A stretch of DNA of 64,000 bases from the NCBI RefSeq assembly GCF_001194135.2, contig NC_068983.1, positions 105,798,788-105,862,787 of the forward strand. The letters run 5' to 3'. The notes under the pieces are model-generated. The model was not told the DNA's origin. It ran no database searches and was given only the letters and a program-made list of their open reading frames with translations. Below, one piece after another: positions 46,585 through 60,289 of the stretch; the stretch's first letter is position 1; every line of letters begins with the position of its first letter. This stretch comes from Octopus bimaculoides. Lineage: Eukaryota. The position numbers and the translations under genes are program-made.

Positions 46585-48170
46585 ACTTCACGAATGCTTT
46601 TTAGGAATTGACATTCGGTACATGAGGGAGTTATATGCCACTGCCCTCATGTGCACCTCCTGCCACGAAATTGGTTCATCTGGGACACTTGACAGTAAGA
46701 GGTCCAGCTTTATTTTGAAAATACCTACATCCACCCCATACAGGTCCTTCAGGAGGATATTGAAGAGCTGTGGTCCTCTGAAGCCCAGGCTATTGTAGTA
46801 TCTTATCCTATATCTTAATGGCAAATTTGGTGATCTTGGTGCTATGCAGTGGCACCCAGTTCTAGTATTTGTGTAACTCTTGATGCCAAAGTTTGGGACA
46901 AGTCCTTCCAGGATCTTCCAGATGTATATTATGGCATATCTTTTTCACCTACGCTCTAAGGAATAGAGTCTTAATCTCTTGAGTCTTTCCCAGTAGCTTA
47001 TATGCTGCATAGAGGCTATCTTTTTTGTGTAGCTTTGTTGGATTGCCTCAAGTTTGGAAATTAATTTGACACTGGTTGGTAACCATAGCTGTGAGCAATA
47101 GTCAAAGTGGCTTAGGACAAGTGTCCTCCAGAAGACCATCATGGTTTCCTGATCTCTTGTTCTAAAAGTTCTAAGAAGCCAGCTGGTCAGCCGCCTGCAT
47201 TTCTTTGCCAATTTAGCAACATGCACATGGAAGAATGCATCATTACTCATGTAAATGCCCAAGTCTCACACTGACTGTGCCTCTGGGATTGCAATCCCTC
47301 CAGGCCCAGTATATTTAATGGGTATTGCATTTGGTTTTGCATGATGATAGCACAAGATTTGAAACTTTTCAGCATTAAACTGTATGCTATTCTTTTTAGC
47401 CTACTTCTATATTTTATCCATCTCACATTGCAGGTGCATAGTGTCTTCGGGGTTCTGTATTACCTATGAGACTTTTGTATCATCTGCATAACTTGTGTTG
47501 TGGCTCTCTGTGTGGCTGAGGGCATGTCTGAGAGGGCCATTATGAACAATAGTGGTCCCAGAACAGTGCCTTGCGGAACACCACTCACTATTTGCATATC
47601 ATTGACTACTACCACCTGACTTCTATCCTTCAGAAAGTCATGAAGCCATTCTCCCAATTTTTCAACTATGCCTAGATCACGCAGTTTGTGACATATTCCA
47701 TGATCAACTTTATGAAAGACCTTTGCAAAGTCGAGATATATAACTTCCACATTTGAGTGGTTAAGTAGCTGTTTCAGCACCCAGTCATAGTGTTGTAAGA
47801 ACTGAGTCAGACAGTTTCTTCCTAGTCGGAATCCATGTTCGGTGTCAGGTAGCAAGTCATTTTTTTCATGGAAGGCGATTAGTTTTCTTCTGACTATTTG
47901 TCCCTTGACCTTGCTTATGTGCGAGGTCAGAGAGATAGGTCTGTAGTTCTTGGCCTCTGCTTTGCTACCTCCTTTATGAATAGGGCATATTTTACCCTCC
48001 TTCAGTTTTCTTGAAATTTTGCCAGTTGCAAGGAAGCTCTGAAAGAGGGACTGCAGTGGTCTTGCTAGGACTCACTTATGCTTTTAGAAGGATTATTGGG
48101 AATCCATCAGGGCCAGTAGCTGAGTTTAGGTTCATTTCATCTATAGCCCTTATTATATCATTTTTGCAAT
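46585..48170 (-). mobile_element. CR1-type LINE, 5'-truncated, decayed RT and C-terminus
   Basis: ORFs 47460-47855 (EHGFR, YLDFAKVFHKVDH, SGVPQGTVLGPLLF), 46945-47262 (FDYCSQLW, YWERLKRLRLYSLERR) and 46588-46824. Confidence 0.93.
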
Positions 48171-49083
48171 GTGTGATTTGGCATTGTCTTGCAATAAAAT
48201 AGGAGTGGATCTGTTGACTAATCTAGGCTGTTTTTTTTTTGTAAGTTTCTGCATCATTTGGTCCAGTTGGCTGTAGTATACTTCGGCCATGATTGATGAG
48301 TCAGGTTTAATGAAATCATAATGGATCACACCTGCGCCAGACCACCAAACACACACCATCAGCTTCTTTTTAGACTGTGTTTTGGTGGCTCGTCTTTGTC
48401 CAACCATTGTACTGAATGTCTACAGTTGTATTGGATCTATTTCTCATCATGTTACAACTTGATTCCAAAATTATTCATTTTTGTGACGAGAAAGTAGCAT
48501 AATGCATGCTTCCAAACGTTGCTGTTTCTGATTTTCATTGAGTTCATGTGGAACCCACTTACCCAACTTCCTCACTTTACCAATTTGAACTTGGTGAGTC
48601 AATATTGTTTGCTTGCTAACACCAAACAACAACGATAATTCACAGGCACTTTGAGATGGATCTGACTCGACGGTAGCTTTCAGTTTGTCATTTTCCACCT
48701 TTCTTTCTGGTCGACCATGTTGCTCATTTGTGAGGTCAATGTTACCAGAATGAAATATTGCAAACCAATTTACTGTCTGTTGTGTAATAATATTAGAATT
48801 AAATATTCCATTAATATTCTGAGCTGTCTGTGATGCTGTATTTCCAAGAAAGAACTCAAATTTCAAAACTGTACGAATTTCCAACTTATCTTTCTCTAAA
48901 CAAAAATAGCAAAAAACGATTTATAAATACTTTATAAAGCGCAAAATGACTTAGAATAAAGAAATAGATGTATCAACTTTCTAACAAAAAATAAAGATTG
49001 TCAAAATATAACAATGGCACAAAATGTGCAGCTGTCAAAGTTTACCATATACCTTACTACAAATTTCATACTTGACAACCTAA
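48171..49083 (-). mobile_element. Mariner relic with 5' TIR, 3' end lost at the LINE junction
   Basis: ORFs 48471-48884 (GKWVPHEL) and 48153-48407 (KLMVCVWW, PILLQDNAKSH); TIR ttaggttgtcaagtatgaaa + TA on the minus strand. Confidence 0.92.
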
Positions 49084-49717
49084 TATTTAAATATAAATAT
49101 CTGCAAAAAAGGAAAACCAGAGGGCTATATCATGAAGCACAAGGCATACATATAGCATATGAACACATATAAAGACACTAGAACAATTCTGAATTAGTCA
49201 TATTGCCAATTGGAAAAATAGCTAAATAAAAGTGGTATTTCCATTATTTTTGTCCAACTCCTGTGTTGTTAATCAATTTAACTGAAATTCTTCAATATTC
49301 GAATGTTTCTTCTCCAGTCTATAAATACGTCTACTATAAATACGTAGAAGACATGAGAAACTCTCTACTTCCAGTGTATTTATCAAAAAAAATTTTACTA
49401 CAAAGTAATATTACTTTTTATCTCTTATATAAACAAAAATCCATCTGTATCTACATCACTGTATATATAAAATCTATGACATCAAAGAAGAACTAACTGG
49501 GGTAATGGGAAAGTTCACTTTGATAATCATGCGTTGCTGCTATACCGTTGACACAGCTGGGATTTTTCCTCTGATCCCCTCAAAGCAACTAATTTTGTTC
49601 AAGATGCTGGACTTTTACTTCAACCATCTAAATGTGTAAGAGCTGACTTTATATCTCTAAACGCTGAATGTCTTAAACTGTTATTCTTTCAGCAGTTAGT
49701 TGAAGCTAATTTCCAAG

Positions 49718-50139
49718 TTTTCTCTTTCTCTTTCTCTTTTACTTGTTTCAATCATTTGACTGCGGCCATGCTGGAGCACCGCCTTTAGTCGAGTAAATCG
49801 ACCCCAGGACTTATTCTTTGTAAGCCTAGTACTTATTCTATTGGTCTCTTTTGCCGAACCGCTAAGTTACGGGGACGTAAACACACCACCATCGGTTGTC
49901 AAGTGATGTTAGGGGGACAAACACAGACACACAAACATATACACACACATACATATATATATATATACATATATACGACTGACTTCCTTCAGTTTCCGTC
50001 TACCAAATCCACTCACAAGGCATTGGTCAGCCCGAGGCAATAGTAGAAGACACTTGCCCAAGGTGCCACACAGTGGAAATGAACCCGGAACCATGTGGTT
50101 GGTAAGCAAGCTACTTACCACACAGCCACTCCTGCGCCC
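49718..50139 (-). mobile_element. Full-length CORE-type tRNA SINE
   Basis: Reverse complement of the 23583 family, head to tail. Confidence 0.85.
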
Positions 50140-50924
50140 ATTTGAATTATATTCTCTTTTAAATTTTAAATTGGTTTATTTAAAAATTTTAAGCATTTGT
50201 ATTTTCTTAATATAATTTCCTATAAAATAAGTCAATGAAAAGAATCTTAACCCTTTTGAAGAGCTACAGTGTTAATTGCAAGAAGAGCTATAATGTTAAC
50301 TGAAAAACTATGGGTCATGACTGTTGCCATATTCTGCACAACAAATCTCCCCAATAACATCACTGAAATTTTACTTACAAAATTATCAATTTAAAACCTA
50401 ATAATTCTTGCTTACTTATTTGATTGGTTAAATGAACAGAGTTAACAGACAGCATCAAAAATAGTTTAACATCAAATATCGTACAAAATGCAAAGACAAA
50501 TTTTTTTAAAAAAATCCCTCTCTCTCTCTCCTCTATCTCTCTCCCTCTCTCCTCTATCTCTCTCTCTCTCTCTCTCTTTCTCACTTATTTTTGGAAGTTT
50601 GGACATATTGAGGTAATTGTTTTTACAGTGAGATACCTTTCATAGTGCTAACCACTCACCCATAGAAGTAGGAATGGAAATACTTATTAGCTTCGCTGAA
50701 TGAAGTCAGGAGTTTACCTTGTTTAGGGGTTTGTAAAAAGTCAGGATAAAATTGATTATTCAAAGATTATTTTAAACATTTGATGTAAAGGTGAAACAAG
50801 GAATAACTTAAGGATTGGCCACACAATTTCTCACTCACCACAAATGGAATCATGAGAATATAAATGTGGAAACATTACATTAAGGAGTGGAATATACAAT
50901 TTCCTGTAAGTCAGACTGCCTCAT

Positions 50925-51130
50925 GGCCCCAGCAGATAAAAAGGAAAAGGTGATGCCCTGGAAGATGGTGAGGGAGATGTGCTGGAACAGCCTTTCTGAC
51001 TCATGGGGCTCGCTCTTGTGGACAGCCATCTCCATCCAGATAGTGGTGAGCAGAGATATGGTCGGGGTGGGGGTGGGGCAAGAATGCTGGATGTTTCTAC
51101 TGCTATAGGCTTGACCATAAACCTGTTGGA
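50925..51130 (-). mobile_element. CRE-clade (RLE-encoding) non-LTR retrotransposon C-terminal fragment
   Basis: KPIAVETSSILAP / (frameshift) EPHESERLFQHISLTIFQGITFSFLSAG resembles the recalled RLE C-terminus PIAVET.G..GP...E..WLFQRISLAI.RGNA.SIL. Confidence 0.65.
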
Positions 51131-51160
51131 GCACTATCTAATGTTCAATGTGAAGATTAA

Positions 51161-51381
51161 CCCTTTAGTGTTCGCATTAATCTGTCAAAATTAATGCTTT
51201 TTTATTCACATTGTTTTGAACTAATCATGCATTATCTTGTAGCTATGAGATTTTGATGAGGTAGCTGTTAATTTTTAAAACAATATTGTAGGGCTGGTGT
51301 GAGAGACCAGATCTGGCCAGTTTGAACATAAAACAAGCAAAATACTTTTGGCTGGATATGGCCAGTTTAAATGTTAAAGGG
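51161..51381. mobile_element. piggyBac-type MITE
   Basis: TTAA-CCCTTTAG...TTAAAGGG-TTAA. Confidence 0.8.
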
Positions 51382-54300
51382 TTAAACACATGACAATGTG
51401 GTTTAACTATTTTTTAGGCCACTTCTTGTTCTATAATATAAACTTTCTGTTTTAAAGTGATCTAAGTTAAATCCTCCAATCAAAATTTCATGTTCATTTA
51501 TGTTCCAAACACCAGAATGTTAAGAAATTCTTCAGTATTTTCAAAATTAACTGAAACAAAAGTGGTTTATTTCAATTGAAATATGGAAATAAAAGTGTTA
51601 AAATCCTGTATCTTAACCTCACAGCTATTATTTTTTTAAAATCAGATTTATATCATTTCATCTAACCACTGAGTAAAATATGCTACAATATAATTAAGCT
51701 TAAAAAAATAAATATGTTAGCTACTAAAACATAAGATATTAACTGCTCTTAGACACCTCCAAATTATTCAAGATGTAAACAGAAGATAGCTAACTCTGCT
51801 GACATACTAACTTCTCTATGTTATTCACTGCCATTCATTAAATATTTTTATATTCTAGTTATCTTGAAGATTTCAAGAATTACAGTTTCATAGTCTAGTT
51901 TAAACTCATTATCATATTTTTTTTAATACACAGTGTAGTTTATGACACATTTTGAGTTTGTTTCACAGTTTATAATAAATATTGCTTATTAGAGTTTGAC
52001 ATAGATTCTACTATAAACATTATTTATTACAGTTTTTTTTTCTTTTAAAGGCAGCAAGCTGGTAGAACCATTAGCATACTGGACAAGTGCTTAGTGACAT
52101 TTCATCCATTTTTACATTCTGAACTCTGGTGAAGTTTGCTTTTCATCCTTTTAGGGTTGATAAGATAAGTACCAGTCAAGTACTGGATTAATTACATCAA
52201 GTCTTTTCCCCACCACCTTGAAAACTGGTGGCTTTGTGGCAAAATTTGAGGTCATTTGTTTTTTGAATTTTTCTGTTTTCATTTCTTTTTGGATGAAACA
52301 AAAAAGGGCTGAAATCTTTTCCATTGTTTTATTCTAATTTGTTTGTTGAGAGCTGTTTGCATGTACACGCATGAGCATGTGTATGCATGTGAGTGTGTGC
52401 GTACATCTGTGTGTGTGTGTGTTTGTTTGTTTGGAGCATGGCCAAATAGTTAAAAAGCTACTTTTGCAATCATGTGGTTCTAGGCTCCATCCTACTACAT
52501 GGCATCTTGGACATGTTATTTGACATATCCCAAAGTTTACCTAAATCTTGGGAGTGAAATTGTGTAGATAAAAAGTGTTTAGAAGCCCATCAGCTGGATT
52601 TTCGTTGTAATTCAAAGGCCCAGCCTTGTGGCCATGCTGGGGCAATATCTTGAAGAATTTTTAGTCGAATTAATCAACCCCAATACTTATTTTTTTGTTA
52701 AGCCTGGTACTTATTCTATCAGTCTCTTTTGCCAAACTGATAAGTTATGGGGACATAAACACACCAACATTGGTTGTCAAGTGATGGTAGAGGACAAATA
52801 CAGACATAAAGACACACACACACACACACACACGCACACAGATATATATATATATATATTGATGCGATGAGCTTCTTTCAGTTTCTGTCTACCAAATCCA
52901 GCCACAAGACTTTGGTTGGCCCAAGGCTATAGTAGAAGACACTTGCTCAATGTGTCATGTGGTGGGACCGAGCCCAGAACCATGTGGTTGAGAAGCAAGC
53001 TTCTTACCACACTGCCACATGTTTGTATGTGTATGCATAAATTTTAGGGATGACTTTAAACAGCATCTGGTAGTTAGACCCTGGTTTGGGAGTTTCAGGG
53101 TCTTGAGGAGTGTTGAACCACCTCTTAGCCACTATTGTTCCCAGGTCTTCTCTGACTCAGAACAGTGACACCTGCCAGGGTCTCAGCTATGGGTTAATTA
53201 GCATATTAGGGCTTGCCTACCTATGCATGTGAAGACTGGATTTGACAAGCCCTGAAAAAGAAACCTTCATGTTTCTGTAGAGGGAAGGCAGCTGTGGAGT
53301 GCAGAGAGCAAGATGAGGCAAGAAAGACATCTCAGTTAACCACTGCATCTGTCTCTATCCCCACTCCTTTGACATCTTCACTGGACTGAAGATGGTTACA
53401 GATATGAGAACGAGGTTGACAGTGCATTACTCTTCTTCATTTTAACCCTTTAGCATTTAAACTGGCCATATCCAGCCAAAATATTCCACCTGTTGTATGT
53501 TCAAACTAGGCAGATCTGGTTTCTCACACCAGCTCTACAATATTCTGAAAATTAACAGTTACCTCATCAAAATCTCAAAGCTACAAGATAAAGCATGATT
53601 AATTCAAAACAATGGGAATGAATAAGCATTGCTTTTGACAGAGTAATCTGAATGCTAAATGATTAAACAAAGTCATTGTGCAAGTCATCAGTCATCCTTA
53701 AGGATAACTAGAGAGTCCTCATTACTCTAATGGAGGAACATGATACGTATGCATATCTGCATGTATGTGTGTATGTGTACATGTAGGTAAAGATTCTTAC
53801 TAACTGCTTTAATTCATTAAATTCAAAGATTTGTGTCACTTGTTCAAGGTTTCCCAGAAGCATTTTATTCTTTCATACCTCTAGTTTATATGACTACAAA
53901 GTAAGACCATTGATACTTTGTGGTCATATGAACTATTTTCTTTGCATCAGCATCATCATTTTAACATCTACTTTTCTATATTTGCATGGGTTGGACTCCA
54001 AGCAAAGTAATATTTCCCTATGGCCATGCGGACTTTTAAGCTAATTCCTGTGGAAGGCTAATTGGGCCTTTGGCCCAAAACTAAAGAGAGCTAAATGGCA
54101 TGACTATAATATGTCTATAATGACTGTGTGTCCTGCTGGTGTTTGATCAGAGGTTAAGGATGGATGAGAATTAATTATGTAATGAAATCATTCTATTGTT
54201 CCAGTCCCAAGTTGAACTCCAACTGTTGGCCAATTTGTCCCAAAGTTCTTATCTTCATATAAAATTAATGAAGCAAATGTCATTTATCTTCCCCTTGATC

Positions 54301-54620
54301 TCTGATGCCATCTGACAAATGCCAACCAAGATGGTGTGAACCACCCAAGCTTTACTTGCTAGAAATAGCAACTGAAATGTTTTTTAATCAGACCCCCATG
54401 CTGGATGTTCAAGAACCAAATGAAGGTTAGATTTTCAATCCCCGGGATCATCTTGATTCCAATAAGGTATAACATATCTATGTAGAGTAAATGTAAACTG
54501 AAGTACAGGGGTCCCGGACAGGCAGAATTTCATGATTATTAATATAGTTGAATGACATTCATTTACAACAACTGTGCAATGTCAGGACACACACACGCAC
54601 GCACGCACGCACGCACGCAC

Positions 54621-54669
<49 letters not shown>

Positions 54670-55929
54670 ACAAGTTTCTTTCAATTTCTCTCTACTACGA
54701 GTTTGGAAGCAGTGATCATTGTGTTTTGTTTTGTGTAGGAAGAACAAAATGTTATTTTTACATGAGATCTAAATTTGACCTCTATGTATGAATGTAACAT
54801 GACTAGCATCATTACTTGTTTCTACTTTAAAAATATGATGCTGCCTTTTCTCAGTTTTCATTTTACTTGTAATCATCTTCAATGCTTTGTATTTACACTT
54901 TACATGAAACCTAATACCTGTAAAGTAAAAGATAAAATACAAATGGTGTACGAGTACTGTAACATTTTTATCAAAACAGAACATCATAGGTGGAGATTGA
55001 TATCTTGTTTTTCTCTTGGTTTTATTTATGAAAAATTATTAGCACCATTTTGAGCGTGGCCGTTGCCAGTACCGCCTGACTGGCCTTTGTGCGAGTGACA
55101 CGTAAAAGCACCCACTACACTCTCTGAGTGGTTGGCGTTAGGAAGGGCATCCAGCTGTAGAAACAGTGCCAAATCAGATTGGAGCCTGGTGTTGCCATCC
55201 GGTTTCACCAGTCCTCAGTCAAATCTTCCAACCCATGCTAGCATGGAAAGTGGATGTTAAACAATGATGATGATGATGATGATACATTCATAGTTTATTT
55301 ATAAACTATATTATGAAATGTATAGATGTATATATAAGTATATTTTGAAATAAAAAAAAATCTGAAATCGACAACATTTTCAGTTTCAGAAATTTCAGAT
55401 TAGTGATTTTCGACTGTATAAACTCGTTAAAGCATGTGTTTTGACATCAAAAGGGTTAAGGAAGTGCTTTTGAGAGTAACGAAGAGATTTTCTTTCAAGC
55501 CAAAATAAGGTAGACAGCATGTTTATGAAGTATGATATTTTATACAATTGATGTAGGATGAATTGAGTCTAAACTATTGGCTGTGCAATGATGAAATTGA
55601 GAGAGAGAAATAATAAGTGTAAATGAGCTGGTAAAAGTGTAAAAACAGCTTAGCATCAAAGCCTGGTATATGAACAGGTAAATTAATTATGCATCGCGAA
55701 GGAAAGAAATACTTTGAAATAATATGAGATGGATGAGGAAGAAGATTCCACTCCCAACCTCCTAAAATATTTAAGATGAAAATGCTCGATTAGATCACAT
55801 AATAGAAGTTTTGGTTTCATAGACAATATTGCATATAGTATAATTATACTAGGGTACATAATAGTGTTTTCTCAGTATAAAAGCATTTTTTCCTTTTACT
55901 TGCTGAGTTTGGAGTAAGGAGTAGGGACA

Positions 55930-57080
55930 ATGACACCTATGGGCCCTCTGAGACTGACACCAGCAATGTTCCATTTAAGATGCAGGAGTGACACAAGTAG
56001 GGAAGAAATGTTTTGAGGATGAAGGATTGAGCATAGTGGTTAGTATGTGAAAGGGAGAGTGGGTTGGGGATGCTGAAGTGGTGGAGGTATGAAGCCAGCC
56101 AGCTCTGAGGTGCAAAGACCATCATAGTAATGATGGAAAAGACTGAAAGAGGAGACAATATGACAGTGGACCAGAGGCTGGAGTGTGACTCATAAGTGAT
56201 AGAGTGCCTATCAGCCAAGTGGATAGGATCCAGGATGTCAGTATGTGTAGCAGCAGTACTGTCCCAGATGTGGGAGCAGTACTCTATTATGGGCCTTACT
56301 TGAGCCTTGTAGAATGTTAACAGTTGTTGAGGACTGAAGTATCGGCTGGCTCTAAAATGAAGAGCCAGTTTGGGGGAAGTGGTCCTAGTTATGCTAAGAA
56401 TGGGCTTTTGTTTGGTGAGATTGTTGCTGATAGTGAGGTCAACATTTAGAGCAATTGTGAAGATTTTTAACTGAGTAGCACTCGTATTTTGTTGGAGTAT
56501 GGTACAGTGGTACTTTCTTGATATGAGGAGTGCTTTCTTGATATGAGTAGTGCTTGAATTGTTTTTGCCATTAAAAGAGACAAGGTTGGCATGGTCCAAC
56601 TTATGGATGCTCTCAAGATCTCCATTTATGGAATCAATGTAGGTTTGGTGTGTGGTGTTTAGGTTTCACGTTGATGATGCATGATTAGGCAAGTTTAGGG
56701 AGGAGTGAAAGGTTGCGTCACCTGTATAAGAGTGGAATTGTTGGAAGTGGCAGCAGAAAGGCCACTGATGCAGAGAAGGAAGAGGGGGAGGAGGGGTGCA
56801 GAACTGAATTCTAGGGAATACCTGAGTTGATTGAGAGTGGCGCAGAAAGAACTCCATGAGCACAAACCACAATGATGCAATCTGACAATAGCTACTGATC
56901 CAGGAGATAAGAGATAGCTTGAGCCTGTTGGTGATAAGTTAGATATTTGTAATCAAAACCTTTGCTGATGTCTGGAACCACAAGACTGTTTTTGTTGAAA
57001 GCCCAATGGTAAAGTGAGAGCTCAGTGAAAGAGTAGGTCTCTAGTAGGTCTAGCTCTTCAAAATCCATACTGGGGTCACT
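55930..57080 (-). mobile_element. CR1/L2-type LINE RT 3' fragment
   Basis: PDISKGFD, SGIP.NSVLHPLL; ORF 55937-56599 with FYKAQVRPIIEYCSHIW. Confidence 0.85.
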
Positions 57081-57091
57081 GAGAAGAAACA

Positions 57092-57122
<31 letters not shown>

Positions 57123-57149
57123 GGGAGAGAGAGAGAGAGAGAGAGAGGG

Positions 57150-57190
<41 letters not shown>

Positions 57191-58193
57191 ATGGTGGAGA
57201 ATTCCATGGGGGTCTCTATCACCTTGGAGATGTTAGAAGTGAGTGCAGTTGGACAATAGTGAACTGGGTTGGAGAAGTTGCCCATCTTTGGAATGGGACA
57301 CATTGAGACATACTTTAAAATAATGTTGATAATGATGGTGATGAGGATGATGATGATGACGACCACTTGGTCTTCAAAAATCGTTTCTTAAATATGCGTC
57401 ATTATGACATTTGATGCTGTTGATCAAATAACCATTTGGTCTAAATGTCATTGTGGTTAGGCTATCAGCTTACAAATATGACATCACAATGCTAATAATG
57501 TTATATGATACATTTTCTCCCCTCTTTTACCAACAAAATTAGTAACAGTCAGTCATTACTAGCTCAGTTCAGTTCACTATATACCTCTTCTAACATTTGT
57601 AACTTGGAAACCTTATGAAGTATATCATATATGGTTCAATAAATTGGTTTCAAATTTTGGCCAAAGACCAGAATTTTCAAGAAAGGCACTAAATCAGTTA
57701 CATTGATCCCAGTGCTCAACTGGTACTTATCTTATCAATCCCAAAAGATGAAAGGCAAATTCGACCTTAGCAGAATTTGAACTCAGAGCATGCAGACGAA
57801 TGAAGTGTCGTTAAGCAATTTACCCTGTGTGCTAACGATTCTACCAATTCATTGCCTTTTATGGGTTTGTATGTTAAAAACAATATATCCAGTTTCTTCA
57901 AAGTCCTGTGTCATTGTAACGTGTATTGTCATTATGTTGACATTTGGAGCACAATAGACCCATACATCTTACTTATTGTTCATACAAGTACAATACACAC
58001 ACATACAAATATACACACACGCGCGCACACACAAACACACTCACTCACACACACGCACACACATACACACATGCACATATACACACACACACACACAATC
58101 TCTCTCTCTCCACCTTGGATCTATCTCTTTCCCTTACTCCCTCTTTCTCTCTCTCCCTGCCCCCCCCCATTTAAATCNNNNNNNNNNNNNNNN

Positions 58194-58253
<60 letters not shown>

Positions 58254-58592
58254 ACTGTTTCTCCTCAGTGATCCTCAGTATAGTTTCTGCTGAGCTAGAC
58301 CCGCTGGATACCTACTCTTTCATTGGACTTTCACTTTACCATTAGGCTCTCAGCAAAAATAGTGTAAGCCAGAGTATCTGCTACCTGGGGTAGCCTTTGC
58401 GTTTATCTCCCACCCCCGCCCCGAGCCTCCAAGTCTATACAGGAATATACAACAGACCCAAAAGTGCGGGCGCAGCATCCATAAAAGCATCGCCTGAAGC
58501 AGGCCATTCCTTGCTGCCTCCCCTAGCTACACTCCTACATTTGGCTGAATATTGAAAGCAAGTTATTGGAAACTCTGTTGGGATACATTGGA

Positions 58593-58722
58593 AACTAGAA
58601 AAGCACTCGGGGAGCGCAGACCTCCGCCAAGCAGCTCATTTCTACCCATATACACGCATGCTGAAAATCGCCCAATTTCCAAAACCAACGCCGGTAAAAA
58701 CATAACCTCCTTGGCGGGGGTA
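58593..58722 (+). mobile_element. Short Helentron/HINE-like non-autonomous element (related 3' end at about 59100-59272)
   Basis: Subterminal inverted repeats acctccgccaag / cttggcggggg and terminal hairpin cctcc-ttggc-ggggg. Confidence 0.5.
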
Positions 58723-59608
58723 AAAAAACACACAGCCATATGATTTTTAAAAAAAAGCCTTAACCCTAACCCTAACCTTAACCTACCTACCTACCTACTT
58801 TACATCCCTCTGTGGTCAGTATAGTATCAATCATCCCTCAAAGGTCCAGCATCAGTTGTTGCAACCACAGCTGCTGCTTTAGAAACCCTTGAATATGTTA
58901 ATGTCATTTAATTTCTGAACTGTTTCGCTGCCGTTTGTTTATGTTGTTTGATCTCTTTAGCCATCAGTTTCTAGTAAGATAGATATGCGATTAAAATTAC
59001 CAATAGAGAAACGAAAATAAAACGTGTTTTCAAGGGAGATAATCAAAGAAGTAATCATGTAAAGTAAATATAGTGAAAAATCATCCTTCAAGAATCCATA
59101 AAAATTCCAGGATCGCTACCAAAATTTCATCATCTGTTCCTTGTGTCATTACCAACTTTTCCTGCGAGTTTCATCGAGTACCGTTCACAACTTTTTGAGT
59201 TATTTTTCACACAGACGGATAGATGGACAAACCAACGCCGATGAAAACAACCTCCTGCCTTGGTGGAGGTAACTAATGATTTATAGGTACTCGGTATTTC
59301 GTTATGCAACCATACACCCATTACCCTTTTCTCATCTTCGATCTCATTGTTTGTTTACATCTGACGCCTCGTATACGAAATGTTGCAAAAATCAGTGCTG
59401 GCTATAATTTCTATAGAATATCAGTAGAAATAACCTTAACAAATAACACTAAGAACTTTATGACACTACAAGACTACAGAAGCTGAGACGATCATTTTTT
59501 TAGTTTTCGGTAGATTTAGTCACATGACCAACTATTTTTGCCATATTTTTTATACCCCGCCCCGGGCCAAGTGAATTTGGTAGATGCAAATTCTGTGGAA
59601 GTCCATCG

Positions 59609-59667
<59 letters not shown>

Positions 59668-59916
59668 GTGTGTGTGTATGTGTGAGTGTGTGTGTTTGTC
59701 CCCTAACCCGGTTGATAACCGGTGTTGATTTGTTTACGTCCCCATTAGGTTTCGGTAACAGAGACCCTCAATAGAATAAGTACCAGACTTAAATGTAAGT
59801 ACTGGGATCGATTTATTCTACTAAACCCTTGAAGGCAGTACCCCAGCATGGCCACAGTCCAATGACTGAAACAAGGTAAACTTATTTATCGAATAGTTGA
59901 TTGACTTTGCAGAAAC

Positions 59917-59947
<31 letters not shown>

Positions 59948-60289
59948 ACTTCTTGCTTTCTCTTTTCCCTTCTGTTGCTGTCTTCTAAATTCTGTTTCAA
60001 GTGTCATAACATTTGTACTTCTATTCTTTTTATTTTCTATTCTTGTATTGTTGATGTTATTGTTGTTGTTGTTGTTGTTGTCACCAATACATGAAGAGAA
60101 AAACACTAGAAAATCACCAAATTATTCTTTGAAAATTTATCAAAGTTTAAAAACTGATCGGAATCCCAATCCAAATGCTTGCAACAGACCAAAGTTCGAT
60201 GTCGACCACCCTTCCATCACCTCCTGTCAACATACAAATTTCACACCCCATTATTCTTCATTAAAACATAAATTTTTAACCCTATCAAA

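Noticed and set aside
58755-58785. (CCCTAA)2 telomere-like repeat
   Set aside because: Only two perfect units; insufficient for an interstitial telomeric site.
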